NCBI RefSeq assembly: GCF_006345805.1
Contig: NC_042997.1
Location: 90,272,001 to 90,336,000 of the forward strand
Direction: 5' to 3'
Origin: Octopus sinensis
Taxonomy: Eukaryota
Length of the DNA stretch: 64,000 bases
Part shown: piece after piece, positions 1 to 11,803 of the stretch
How the letters are laid out: each line of letters starts with the position of its first letter
Position numbering within the stretch: position 1 is the stretch's first letter
Program-made: the position numbers and the translations under genes
The notes under the pieces: generated by a model
Database searches by the model: none
Seen by the model: only the letters and a program-made list of their open reading frames with translations
Told to the model about the DNA's origin: nothing

Positions 1-200
1 CCTGGTGCAATTGCTCCGGACATCTGTGAGAACATTTCTTCCTGAACGCCCTCAAAACCTTCACAAAATACTCTTTCTTGACTGTTTAGCCAGAGGGAAC
101 TCAGTCAATGTAGATTATGTTCTTGCTGGAGAAAAGGTGGTGAAAGAGGTCTTCGTGAGTTTACCGGTGGGCTAGCTTTGCCTGGTATCTTGTGCCAGAA
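1..200 (-). pseudogene. Mariner transposase catalytic-domain remnant, runs off the window start
   Basis: Manual minus-strand translation FSSKNIIYID*VPSG*TVKKEYFVKVLRAFRKKCSHRCPEQL matches the mariner segment FFDxKGIIxxxxVPxGQTVNxEYYxxVLxRLR..RKRPE; two in-frame stops. Confidence 0.7.
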
Positions 201-292
201 AACAACAAGTACTAAGACGTTGCGCATAAAGCTGGAGTTTTAGTGGAAACCCAACCTGAGCACTTTCTACATATGCCTATTAGACTATGTGA

Positions 293-570
293 AGTCTCAT
301 GGCTCAGTGATTAGAGCACCGGACTCACAATCACGAGGTAGTGAGTTCCATTCTCAGACTGGTCTGTATGTTGTGTTCTTGAGCAAGACAATATATTTCA
401 CTGGTGCCAAGCTGTATCAGCCTTTGCCTTTCCCTTGAATAACATCAATGGCGAAGAGATGAGGGACTGGAATACATGGGCGACTGCTGGTCTTCCATAA
501 GCATAATAGCTCGGAGGGTAACTTTCTACGTGCAATCGCATGGTCAATCATGACTTGAGGGTGTCTTTTA
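293..570 (+). mobile_element. tRNA-derived SINE with CORE-like segment (family D)
   Basis: A-box-like TGGCTCAGTGATTAG, B-box-like GAGTTCCATTC, CORE-like GTGTTCTTGAGCAAGACA; tail GCTGTATCAGCCTTTGCCTTTCCCTTG is shared with the minus-strand copy at 22345-22697. Confidence 0.75.
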
Positions 571-636
571 TTACACTACATCATTAGACGCAATTTTATC
601 TGTATTCTATATACATACATACATACATACATATGA

Positions 637-850
637 TGCGGAGGTGCGTGGCTTAATGGTTAGTATACTGGACCCGTGATCGTAAAATTTTTGTTTCGAT
701 TTCTGGACCGGTAATACGTTGTGTTCCTGAGCAAAACACTTCATTTCACACAGATCGCAAAAATGAGTAACCCTGAGACGGACCGGCGTCCCGTTCCATC
801 CAATGGGAAATATATACGTCACTGAATCCATGAAATTGGCCTTAGAAGCA
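637..850 (+). mobile_element. tRNA-derived CORE-like SINE (family C), decayed
   Basis: GGAGGTGCGTGGCTTAATGGTTAG ... GTTTCGATTTCTGGACCGG ... GTGTTCCTGAGCAAAACACTTCATTTCAC; same family as 7170-7385 and 59712-59960. Confidence 0.8.
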
Positions 851-1349
851 TATGTCTTGGGGAGGATATTTGGTCCTTGTGTATGTGTGTGTGAGTATGA
901 GTGTGTGTGTGTGAGAGTGTGTGTGTGTGTTTGTTTACATTTGTTGTTAAACCGAATATTGTGTCCCACTATGTCTCAAAGTTAGCAGTTCATCAAGCAG
1001 AGATCCATAAAATAAATGCCAGCTAAAAATACGTACTGAGGTCAGTATGATCAATTGGATTTTTGAAGATGATGCCCCATCATGGCGACAGTCGAAAGAC
1101 TAACCCCAATAAAATAATGTTTAAAGACTTAATGACTTCAGATTTAAGGTAATGGATTTCTAACCACAAGATAATGAGTTTAAAACTTCGTGTTGAACTT
1201 CCACTCTATACAATAACACAATATGTATATCTCAGTCTGCTTGACTTCCAACAATTAACAATTGTAATTTGAAGCTCGATTGTTAACAGTAAGAAAGATG
1301 TCCAGATTTCATAAAGAAGTATTCTGAGAAAAAGTATTTTTACCACAGC

Positions 1350-1388
<39 letters not shown>

Positions 1389-1871
1389 GTATCTCTGGTA
1401 ACTTGAACTACTACAAGTAACAGCCAAATTTCTCTTAAAACACATCCTTTCATCAAAAGAAAACACAAATTTATAGTATTTCAGGAACAGAAAAAAAAAG
1501 AATCTATGCGATGGGTCTGCTACATCAGAGGCAACCCTGGGCTAAAGAAGACACAGACAAACATACTTCACATTAAAAGATTATCTACTAAATAATACTA
1601 ATAAAGTTGACGGTATATCTTCGAAGTTTCATTCCCTGGTAAAACTCCATAAGATTGTTCAGGCAGAGTTGCATCCCTTACCTAAAGACCTCAAAGTTGT
1701 GCGACCCGACCTCGTTTTTGAGGTTATTTTTGTAGTAAGAAAGAGTTGTGCAAAAAACATACATTATTTGGTAGCCGAAAGATTACTGAATCTTTTGATA
1801 CTTCATGTGTCAAAATCGGCAACTCAGTTTTCGAATCCATAAGGAACATACGCAAACACACACAGACACAG

Positions 1872-1908
<37 letters not shown>

Positions 1909-2145
1909 TATACATACATACACACACACACACACGTTCGCACATATATATATATATATATATACTCCCTTATATTCCCAGTCTTCGAGAATGACTCTCC
2001 TTCAGTTTTTCTTTTTCCTCATTGTTTGTAATTTACTAACTTCCGGTCTGTTATAGGTATTGTACTTTGCATTCTTACAACAGTTGCATCACCGATGGCC
2101 GTGTCTTTGCATACGATTATCGACTTGCCGTTTCTCTTTTGAAAA

Positions 2146-2246
<101 letters not shown>

Positions 2247-2254
2247 GTTTCACA

Positions 2255-2400
2255 TTTTGGCACAAGGCCAGAAGTGCTCAATAAGTACTCAATTTATCGA
2301 TCCCGAAAGGATCAAAGGCAAAGTCGACCACGGCAGAATCTGAACTCAGAACATATAAGAGCCAGAAGAAATGCCGATAAGTATTTTATTCGGCGTGAAA
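2255..2400 (-). mobile_element. tRNA-derived SINE (family B, GCCTTTCATCCTTTCGGGGTCGATAAA domain)
   Basis: ATTTATCGATCCCGAAAGGATCAAAGGCAAAGTCGACC..GAATCTGAACTCAG matches the copies at 45045-45960. Other decayed copies at about 2500-2580, 3640-3765(+), 5805-5935, 24245-24435, 24490-24680 and 55970-56140(+). Confidence 0.75.
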
Positions 2401-3991
2401 AGTGCTTTGTGATACGGTATTGTTCTTCACTTTGATGAGCCTGCAGGAGATAATGAAAGGCCACTAAAATGCATCACTGCGTTTAGATTATTACGTAATT
2501 AGGCACAAGGCCAGTAATTTTGATGGGAGGAGGTTAATCGATACCATAGACACTAGTACTTGATTGCTACTTTATTTATGATAATACTGTGTAATAGTAT
2601 TACCATAAATTATGATAATACTGTGTAACAGTCCTTGGGCAACAACTATTATTTCCTATTTATTTATCCCTAGAAAGTATGAAAACTGGCTGATATTTCC
2701 TTCAAACTTTGCTTTTGTTACATTTATTAAAATCCCAAAGAATCTATCCCAACATGAGCTATGATGCTCCCCAACTACTTCTACTCATGATCAGAGGTGC
2801 ATATATTGTCAGTCACTAAGGGACATGTTCAAGTGGTTAAGGTCAAGCAATCTATAAGCAAATTTGTGGTATTGAGCTGAATATTTGCTATAACGATATT
2901 TCTGCTTCAGTAACTCAGCATTTAATCTGTCTGAAATGTAATGGAGGATAGATCAGTTTTAAAACACTGATGTCCAGGGATTATAGAAGCAAAGCTTGAA
3001 GGTAATAGCAGTATTTACCTTTGATTTCTGGATAGAAGTAAATATAAAATAACACTTATTGAGCAGGCACAAAGAAAAAATATATAAATAAATAAAAATA
3101 AAAATTTCGTTACACAGTGTAATTAGGACACTACAATTTGGGAGGTGTAACAAGAAACTACGAGACGGAATGAAATGACTGGGCGCGGCTGTTTGACCGC
3201 TGACGTTTTGGTGTGGTTGACTGGACAGTCAACTTGTTTTGGTGACGGCGCAATATGGCACGGGAGACAAACGTACACAAACTGGCACGTGCACAGAGAG
3301 AGAGAGAGAGATAGTGACAGACAGAATAACAGACAGGGAGAGAGAGAGAAAGAGAGAGAGAGAGAGGGAGAGAAAGGGGCGATGAGCGATACTATACATA
3401 CAAACATAACTTAATGCTCATGCACATAAAGGGAGAGAGAGAAGGAGAGGGTTAGAGACGCGTTGCAGCGAGAGAAACTTCAAAACGTCTGATGCTGAAT
3501 AAATCAGCGTCCGACTCGCTAACGTCTCATAGCAGAAGAAGAGGAATGAGACTGAATCCATAGCACAGTTTCTTTTATAACAGAAGCAAATGAACCTCAC
3601 ATATAAGGCGTTGAAACGATGCAAATGTTAGAGTATCGGAGAGAATGTCTTGCACTATTCGTTCTGGCTGTTTTCATTCTGGGTTCAAATCCTGCCGAGG
3701 TTAACTCTACTCTTCTTCACTTCAGAATCAATAAATAAAGTACCACTAAAGCACAAGGTGCGATTTCTTTTTCGTTCCTCACTTTTCTCTTTCAGTGTTT
3801 GCCTGTCAGACATTCTGAATCGACCCGTTCTGTGATGGGGGAGAAACAAGGGAGTGCTGACATTGGGGATCTACATTTATTTTCACTCTGATTCTATGAT
3901 GATTCCACAAGGAAGACCTTAGAAATCCTGCTGATGGAACTGGAAAAGGCATGGGCATGATGGCGTAATATTTTTGCTTCCACTTAATGAC

Positions 3992-4407
3992 TTTACTCTT
4001 TTTACTCTCTTTACTCTTTTTCTTGTTTCAGTCATTTGACCGTGTCCATGCTGGAGCACCGACTTTAGTCGAGCAAATCGACCCCAGGACTTATTCTTTG
4101 TAAACCTGGTACTTATTGTATCGATCTCTTTTGCCGAACCGCTAAGTTACGGGGACGTAAACACACCAGCATCGGTTGTCAAGCGATTTGGGGGGGTGAC
4201 ACACACAGACACACAAATACACACATACATATATACATATTTACGACGGGCTTCTTTCAGTTTCCGTCTACCAAATCCACTCACAAGGATTTGGTCGGCC
4301 CGAGGCTATAGTAAAAGACACTTGCCCAAGGTGCCACGCAGTGGGACTGAACCCGGAACCATGTGGTTCGTAAGCAAGCTACTTACCACACAGCCACTCT
4401 TACGCCT
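3992..4407 (-). mobile_element. Full-length tRNA-derived SINE (family A, about 400 bp with internal CA/TA microsatellite)
   Basis: Minus strand starts AGGCGTAAGAGTGGCTGTGTGGTAAG (A box), then GGTTCAGTCCC (B box) and CORE-like CCTTGGGCAAGTGTC, and ends in a GAGTAAAA-type repeat tail. Partial copies at 12865-12945, 18285-18480, 18660-18810, 33820-34035, 36490-36710 and 48130-48420. Confidence 0.85.
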
Positions 4408-4553
4408 ATGTATCGATCCAAAATAAAAAACAAAGCAATACTAAAATGAAAACAAAATATATATTTATGCATGCGTGCATGAATGTATGCATGCATGCAG
4501 GCATGTATGTCTGAATGTATGTATGTATGTATGTATGTATGTATGTATGTATG

Positions 4554-4585
<32 letters not shown>

Positions 4586-4815
4586 CAAACTATGTATTAG
4601 AATGTTCTGTTTAATATAATCAGTACTGCAATGTGCTAAGAGCAAGACACTGCACAAATCTCTACTAAACGTATCTGGCGGCAGAGTAGCGAAAACCCAC
4701 TTTCTCTTGAATATAATAGATAGAATGAGAAGGAAACAGAAAGAGATAGCAAGCTAGATAGACAGACAGCTGTATGTATGTGTGTATGTACATACATGTA
4801 TACATATATATATAT

Positions 4816-4912
<97 letters not shown>

Positions 4913-5456
4913 CGAGTAAATGAAAGAAAAGGAGAGAGAAAATAATCTTGGAGAAGGCGGGTGCCGAATTTTGCGGCGGATTGTAATGCTCTTTGGTGGA
5001 TTACAATTCCTAAATTGAATCTTCTCGAAAACCTGAACAGAATAAATAACAAAGAAAACATAGACCAACCTTAACATGAAAGTATAGCAAAGTGAGTGAT
5101 TGAGAGAGAGGGAGGAAGGGACGGAGTGAAAGGAAGAGAGAGAAGGGGAGAGAGAAGGATGAGGTAGGCGTGAGTGGAATAATGGAGGAATGGCAGCGAA
5201 ACAAAGATCCCTGATCGGGCTTCCATTTTCAGATTATTATACACATGTAGAAAAGATTGATATAGTAATTAGGCGGTGTGAAACTGATCGATTTACTAAT
5301 GTTTAAACGAATTAGAGGGAAAAATAGTCTGTAAATTGAATTAACAACAGCAACAGCGCTAACAAATCAGAGCCTACTGTATTTCAGGATTTGACAGGAT
5401 TTCGAAAAACAACAAAAATAGCAGTAACAATGTCACACACGCGCACAGTAGCAACG

Positions 5457-5528
<72 letters not shown>

Positions 5529-5695
5529 GCCAAAAGAAAGACATACACAACAATAATATCAACAACAACAATAGCAGCTACAATAGCGGTAACAATTACA
5601 ACAATAGCAATAACATTTACAACTAGAACGATAACACAAAAAATTGTCGTCACTGGAAGGTTTCCAAAAGTTCAACTTCAGACGCAGAGGGGCTG

Positions 5696-5765
5696 GCATG
5701 GGATCGCCAGCATGGGATCGCCAGCATGGGATCGACAGCATGGGATCGCCAGCATGGGATCCCCA
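5696..5765. repeat. 14-bp GC-rich minisatellite (GCATGGGATCGCCA) x5
   Basis: Five consecutive units; unit 3 has C>A and unit 5 has G>C. Confidence 0.95.
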
Positions 5766-7169
5766 AACCTGATGGCCGAATATACGAAGCCTGTACTTGA
5801 CTGATATTTTATTGTATTGAGCCCGAACAAATGAAAGGCAGTGGTGACTTTGGAGGAATCTGAACTCAAAAATTTAATGAGATTGAAAAATTCTTTTAAG
5901 CATTTGTCCGAAGTTCCAGCCATTCTGCCAATCCAGAGCCGACAGCAACAAAAGCAGTATTAGTGCTGATATGGACAATAGCAACATCAACAGCACTTGA
6001 ACGGACATAAACAAGAGCAATGGAGACCTACACAACAGTACAAGCCACTACGAAATTAACAACAATACCAGGCTCAAGAGCAGCTATGAGAGTAATGGCA
6101 CGAAATACGGCAATAATAAACCCCTGCAACAACAATAGTAGAGCCAGGGAAGGCAACAATAATTACAGCAAAAAGTCGAAAGAGTAATAACAGCTAGGGA
6201 AGAAAATTCTACTTGTGCAACCAATAAAACTACAATATAGAGCTGAGGGAGTCCATGCTTAAATTAAAATAACCTCGTTTTGGTCACTGGACACGTCAAC
6301 GGCATCGTTTTGGAACAGGAGCAATAGCAATGTCATACATATATGTATGGCATTGTAAATATATGTAAACAGATACAACCACATACACACACACACACGC
6401 ACCACACACACACACACGCACACACTCACACACACACACTTACACACGTATGTATGTGTGTGTGTGAGTATAGATATATATATACACACACATATACATA
6501 TATACATATATGTATATGCATATATGTATATGCATATATGTATACATGCATACATGCATGCATACATGCATACATACATACGTACATACATACACATATA
6601 TATATATATTAATATATGTATGTATTTACATATACATGTAAAGTATGTGCCTATGTATATATATGTAATTTAAAATTAAAGCAATTATTTTAAATATAGT
6701 TAAAGAATAACAGCGGAACATTTACTGACGGATTGACTCAATACTGAGAATAGAGTCTAATTTTTTGTAAAGCTCGAGTTAGCTGGGATTTCAAGTTTCA
6801 CATATAGGCTTATTCAACCAAATGTATGCGCACCTGCGCGCGTGTGTGTGTGGGGGTGTATTGGTGTATGTGTGGGTGTGTGTACATACATACATATCTC
6901 TATTGGCAAGAAATCTTGAAATAAAACTGAACAATGAGATACATATATTGATGTGCGCATTCCATACCACTCGGACGTGAACAGCTGTTTGGTGATGAGT
7001 TTGGTATTGGAAAACTACTTCTTTTTATAGGCAATCTATGTAAGTAACACACTTGCTCCATAGTGCTGATAATATATGTGTGTATTTTAAGTCAGGTGAC
7101 TCTTATTGCTACTGATAATATTGCACAAAAAAAGGGTAAATTTTCCTTCTCAAATCATACCGAATCATA

Positions 7170-7385
7170 AGGACCAGTTTCCCGTTTTCTATGGTGTATA
7201 TATTCCCAATCTGGACGGACGTCGGTCCGTCACAGGAGTACTCACTTTTGCTAGTTGAATGAACTGGAGCAACGTGAAATGAAGTGTTTTGCTCAAGAAC
7301 ACAATGCGTCGCCCGATCCTGGAATCGAAACCATATTCTTACGATCATGAGTCCCACACCCCAACCACTAGGCCACGCGACTCCA
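7170..7385 (-). mobile_element. CORE-like SINE (family C)
   Basis: GGAGCAACGTGAAATGAAGTGTTTTGCTCAAGAACACAA ... GGAATCGAAACC ... AACCACTAGGCCACGCG. Confidence 0.8.
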
Positions 7386-7944
7386 CTGCTGATAACATGT
7401 AACCTAGTACCACCTGTCGCTTGGTCGGGCCATCGATGACTAAACCGACAACTCTATCAAGCCTGCTTTGCAAGGATGATGGCTTTCGATTAACACCCTG
7501 CAGAACGAAAAACAAAACCTGTCAACAGCCATCCAACAGCTTTGTTTAGCAGCTTTCTAAGAGAAAGGAAACTCACATGTAACATCTGCGACTTTGTTTG
7601 CACCCAATGATGTAGACTAGTTCTCTCTTTTGGGAAATGCAGAAGTTGTTTCGTGAGTGGGATTGGCCTTGTACAAGGCCTTTCCTCACTTTCAAAAGCT
7701 TCAGGCACAGCATTGCTTCATTTCTATGGCTGGCCGTAGTAAAAAGAAAAGAAGATCAAAACAAACAATGAAACATTCTATGATGAAATAAAGGCATGTG
7801 CCAGCGTGGGAGATAACACCCTGAACACGCACTGCGAGAGGTGCATATCGTTGTCACATCGTCCATTTTTGCAAAAGCAGGGTTAAAAGTCACATTGCTT
7901 TAAGACAACAATCAAATGATGGCATTGCTCGAAATCCAGTCACA

Positions 7945-8285
7945 ACCATTATGTATATATAACTGGCAACCTGTCGGTTACAACGACGAAGGTTCCAGTT
8001 GACCCGTCAACGAAACAGCCTGCTCGTGAAACTAACATGCAAGTGGCTGAGAACTCCACAGACACGTGTACCCATAACATAATTCTCAGGGAGATTCACT
8101 ATGATGCACAATGTGACAAGGCTGGCCCTTTGAAATACAGGTACTACCTATTTTTGCCAGTTGAGTGGACTGGATCAACGGGAAATAAAGTGTCTTGCTC
8201 AAGGACACAACACCTCACTGGGAATTGAATGCACAAACTTACGATCGTGAATCAAATACTCTAACCACTATGCTACATGCCTTCA
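7945..8285 (-). mobile_element. CORE-like SINE with a different tail (family E)
   Basis: AAAGTGTCTTGCTCAAGGACACAAC and tRNA-like head ending AACCACTATGCTACATGCC; distinct tail TGTGACAAGGCTGGCCCTTTGAAATACAGG. Confidence 0.7.
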
Positions 8286-8454
8286 CATATGTGTGTGTTT
8301 GTGTGTGTGTGTGTGTGTGTACGCGTGCGTGCGTGTTTGTGTGTGAGTATGTGTGTCTGTGTTTGTGTGTGCGTGTGTGTGGGCGTGCGTGCGTGTATGT
8401 GAGTGAGTATGTGTGTGTGTGTTTGTGTGTGTGTGTGTGAGAGAGAGTGTGTGA

Positions 8455-8491
<37 letters not shown>

Positions 8492-8493
<2 letters not shown>

Positions 8494-9343
8494 AGGTCTG
8501 ATGAATAATTATTCGGACTGTTGCCATAGTAAGGAAGCTTGGGAATGCAGAGTAAAGCCGCTTGGCACAGATTGATCTTGAAAACTACTGTGCATGCGCA
8601 CTAAGTTTTAACATTCTACCTCATTTCCGTAGTTTACAACAGTTCTCGGAAGGAAGGTGCGTAGCTTGTGATCGTAGCATTGACCATGACAGAGAAAGTT
8701 GCTATAGTGATACCTGCTCAGAAGCCTACGCAAAGTTGCAGAAAGTGTATGGAGACAATGCATGAGCCGCACACAAGTGTACGACTGGTTCAGACGTTTC
8801 CAAGATGGCCGAAAAAAGTCGATATTGACGAACGTTCTGGGAGATACACAGCCAGCAAAATTGAGAAAAACATCGCAGATGTGCATGCAGTTGTGTGAGG
8901 AAAGCGTCGAATCACCATCCGTGAGTTATCAGACAATGTGCAGATTAGTTACGATTCAGTTCAGTCCATTATCATTGAAGTTTTCGATATGAGACGCGTG
9001 TTTGCTAAGTTTGTGCCAAAACGGCTTTCAGCTGACCAAAAAGACACCCGGGTTTCAGTTGCACATGATCTCCTTGATTGTCTCGAGAACGATGAAAACT
9101 TTTTGAAAACTTTGCGTAGGCCTCTGAGCAGGTATCGCCAAACTTTTGGCGAAATTTGATGCAAATTCTGTGCTCAGCTTCCTCTGTCTTGGTCAATGCG
9201 ACGATCACACGCCACACACGTTCCTTCCAAGCACTGCTGTTAATAACGGAACTGAGCTAGAACGTCAAAACCTCGTGCGCATACATAGCAGAGTCCAAAT
9301 GTCAGTCTGTGCCAAGCGTCAAGCGGCTTCACTTTCCGTGCTT
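8492..9343 (+). mobile_element. Mariner derivative: left end plus N-terminal transposase, followed by an inverted diverged copy of the left end
   Basis: Begins TA|CAAGGTCTGATGAATAATTATTCGGAC after (TA)n. Frameshifted transposase DTCSEAYAKLQKVYGDN-MSRTQVYDWFRRFQDGR-KVDIDERSGR..RRITIRELS..SYDSVQSII..MRRVFAKFVPKRLSADQKDTRV..ENFLK (8686-9110). 9110-9343 is a minus-strand copy of the 5' end (EHRICIKFRQKFGDTCSEAYAK). Confidence 0.85.
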
Positions 9344-9416
9344 TAAAAATAAAAATACATTTAAAATGTTAGTTTGGTTATATTTATATACATTAAAAAT
9401 ATATTTTAATGCATTT

Positions 9417-9813
9417 ATGTTAAGTAACTCTAAAATTAAAAATTCTATATACCAGTGTAAAATTATTACTCATAATAAAGTACAATTTTACATTGGAAGC
9501 ACGTCGTTACAGTTATCTAAAAGAATTTCTATCCATTACTCAACATTTAGGGATAGGAATAAACGTAACAGTACAGCGCTCAGTAAATTAATTTGGGAAC
9601 TAAAAGACCACAATGAACAATTTAATTTAGAATGGTTGATTCTCTCAATCTCGATATCTTATGACAAAGGCAAGGAATTGTGTCTTCTCTGTAATTCTGA
9701 ACTATTTTTCATTATTTTTTCTAAAAATCCCCTAGTAAACACGGGTATAGAGCGTGCATACCGATGTAAACATTGACAAAAACGCACCTTTAGTTCATAT
9801 AAGTAATCTCTAT
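9417..9813 (+). pseudogene. GIY-YIG endonuclease of a Penelope-like element (no reverse transcriptase upstream)
   Basis: MLSNSKIKNSIYQCKIITHNKVQFYIGSTSLQLSKRISIHYSTFRDRNKRNSTALSKLIWELKD..LEWLIL..YDKGKELCLLCNSE..IIFSKNPLVNTGIERAYRCKH*QKRTFSSYK* shows IY..YIG, R..H, TALSKxIWxLK, CxxC..E, N, CxH. A single TGA (possible CGA>TGA) lies near the C-terminus. Confidence 0.85.
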
Positions 9814-10090
9814 CATTATATATAATTTAAACATTAATTTTCTTTTTATATTTAACATTCACTAAGAAAATATATGTTTTCCTAGTTTAAAGGTTTTATT
9901 TAATATACATATACTCATATACTTCTCATTTATTTAACTTTTCCTTAATTTATCCCTACTCTTTCTATAGGCTACTTCTGACGTTATATCATATAACGTT
10001 TTTTCAAACAAAATTAATAGCGTTCAGTAAATCACTATACATATCCATCATTTTCTGTTAAAATGTCTTATTGACGAGTATCATTTCTTC

Positions 10091-10178
10091 ACTTCCCTGA
10101 AGAGAAGATTACATTGTTTTACATCATTTATTCCTTTGGAATAATACCAGTGATATCTTCGAAACATGTGTCGGAAGT
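10091..10178 (+). ncRNA. Type I hammerhead ribozyme in the PLE 3' region
   Basis: Stem I ACTTCC(10091-96)/GGAAGT(10173-78); core CTGAAGA(10097-103); stem II GAAGAT/ATCTTC extended by CATTG/CAGTG and a TTATTCC-ttt-GGAATAA hairpin; GAAA(10161-64); short stem III CATGTG; cleavage triplet GTC(10170-72). Confidence 0.85.
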
Positions 10179-10276
10179 AAAAGTATTTGAATTACACCTG
10201 CGTTAAACTCTATTTATTTATATATCATACAAAACAATTTCACTTAAACCCGAAGTTTCTACCTTTAAAAATAAGG

Positions 10277-10433
10277 AGTTATACCTCTTCACTTGTGTGA
10301 TTTTTGCTACCCTTGTAACAGTTTATATTTTTTCCGTGTTATTGTTAAGGGAAAATACACACAATCTATTATATATATATATAATATATATATTATATTA
10401 TATATATTATATATATATATACCACATACACAC

Positions 10434-10464
<31 letters not shown>

Positions 10465-10555
10465 GATGTGTGATTTTCCCTTAACAATTAACACGGAAAA
10501 AATAATAAAACTGTTACAAGGGTAGCAAAAAATCACACAAGTGAAGAGGTATAAC

Positions 10556-10556
<1 letters not shown>
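10277..10556. repeat. About 90-bp inverted repeat of the PLE 3' terminus around a (TA)n spacer
   Basis: 10277-10369 (AGTTATACCTCTTCACTTGTGTG...) is the reverse complement of 10462-10556 apart from single-base indels. Confidence 0.9.
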
Positions 10557-10587
<31 letters not shown>

Positions 10588-10704
10588 CACACACACAATA
10601 TATATATATATATAATATATATATATATATATTATATATACACATACATATATATATATATATATATTATATTATATATATATATTAATATATATATATA
10701 GTCC

Positions 10705-11058
10705 TAGCTTGATTTACGCGTCGTCATCACAACCTCGTTTAGGCTTAGCTGCCCTTCCTATTTGTTTCCATTGTTTTGTTTGCGTTACCAATTTTGATCC
10801 TCTGCAAAATCCCAAATTTTATTTAATTTGCTTTGCGGGAGTAATTGTTTTATCGAAAGCGTATATTGTTCTTAAATGCTCGAAATACGAGACTAGAAAA
10901 ACAGTCAACAACTGATGAAGGGTCGTTCTCTATGTTTGTTTTGTTTTCCATTTGTTGTTTGATGTATTTGTGATTAGTACTTTTTTGTTGTACTCGTTTC
11001 ACGACGTCCTTTGCCCACATATGCATATATACGCAGAGATGTAAGTATGTACCTATAC

Positions 11059-11098
<40 letters not shown>

Positions 11099-11767
11099 TA
11101 TTCATATTATTATATGATTGAACACCAAGCATCCTCTTCCAAGTATGTTTTATGTTAATAATTCTGATGCGCACTCCATACGATGTTTTTACTCTTTCGT
11201 TTTTCTTTCTCTTATTCTTTTATCTCCTCTTCTCCCACTATTATATCCTATTACTTTGTCACTCTCTCTCCCTCACTCCTCCTCACTTGCTCACGTAGCT
11301 CCCACGGGACCATCGGCCATCTTTCTTTCTTTCCCTTCATTGTAGCTGCAACAAGGAAGACGTGTTCTTGTTTGTCCCCTGTTCTAGCTTGATTTACGCG
11401 TTCGCCATCACAACCTCGTTTAAGCTTAGCAGCCCTTCCTGTTTGCTTTCACTGTCCTGTTTGTGTTACCAATTTTGACCCTCTGGAAAATCCCGAATTT
11501 TATTTAATTTGCCTTGCGGGAGCAAGTGTTTGTCGAAAGCGTATATTATTAAATACTCGAAATACGAAACTAGAAAAACAGCCAACAACGGATAAAGGGT
11601 CGTTCTTTATGTTTGTTTTGTTTTCCATTTGTGTCTTTCGTTGTTCGAAAAAATAGTTCATGTTCGAGTGTACTCGTGCTTCGTACTTTTTTGTTGTAAA
11701 TGTTTCATGACGTCCTGTACCCATATATACATACATACATACATACATACATACATACATACATACA

Positions 11768-11803
<36 letters not shown>

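Noticed and set aside
5940-6240. Asn/Ser/Thr-rich apparent coding stretch
   Set aside because: Decayed (ACA/GCA)n triplet repeat with stops in all + frames.
7560-7680. RTE-like C-terminal zinc finger (LTCNICDFVC..CFVSGIGL)
   Set aside because: Too short and interrupted, with no adjacent RT motifs recognised.
10870-10930. CTGATGA and GAAA motifs in family X (also about 36020-36085) as a hammerhead
   Set aside because: No arrangement gives paired stems I-III. The minus-strand GAACGCGTA motif lacks both GAAA and CTGANGA in all copies.
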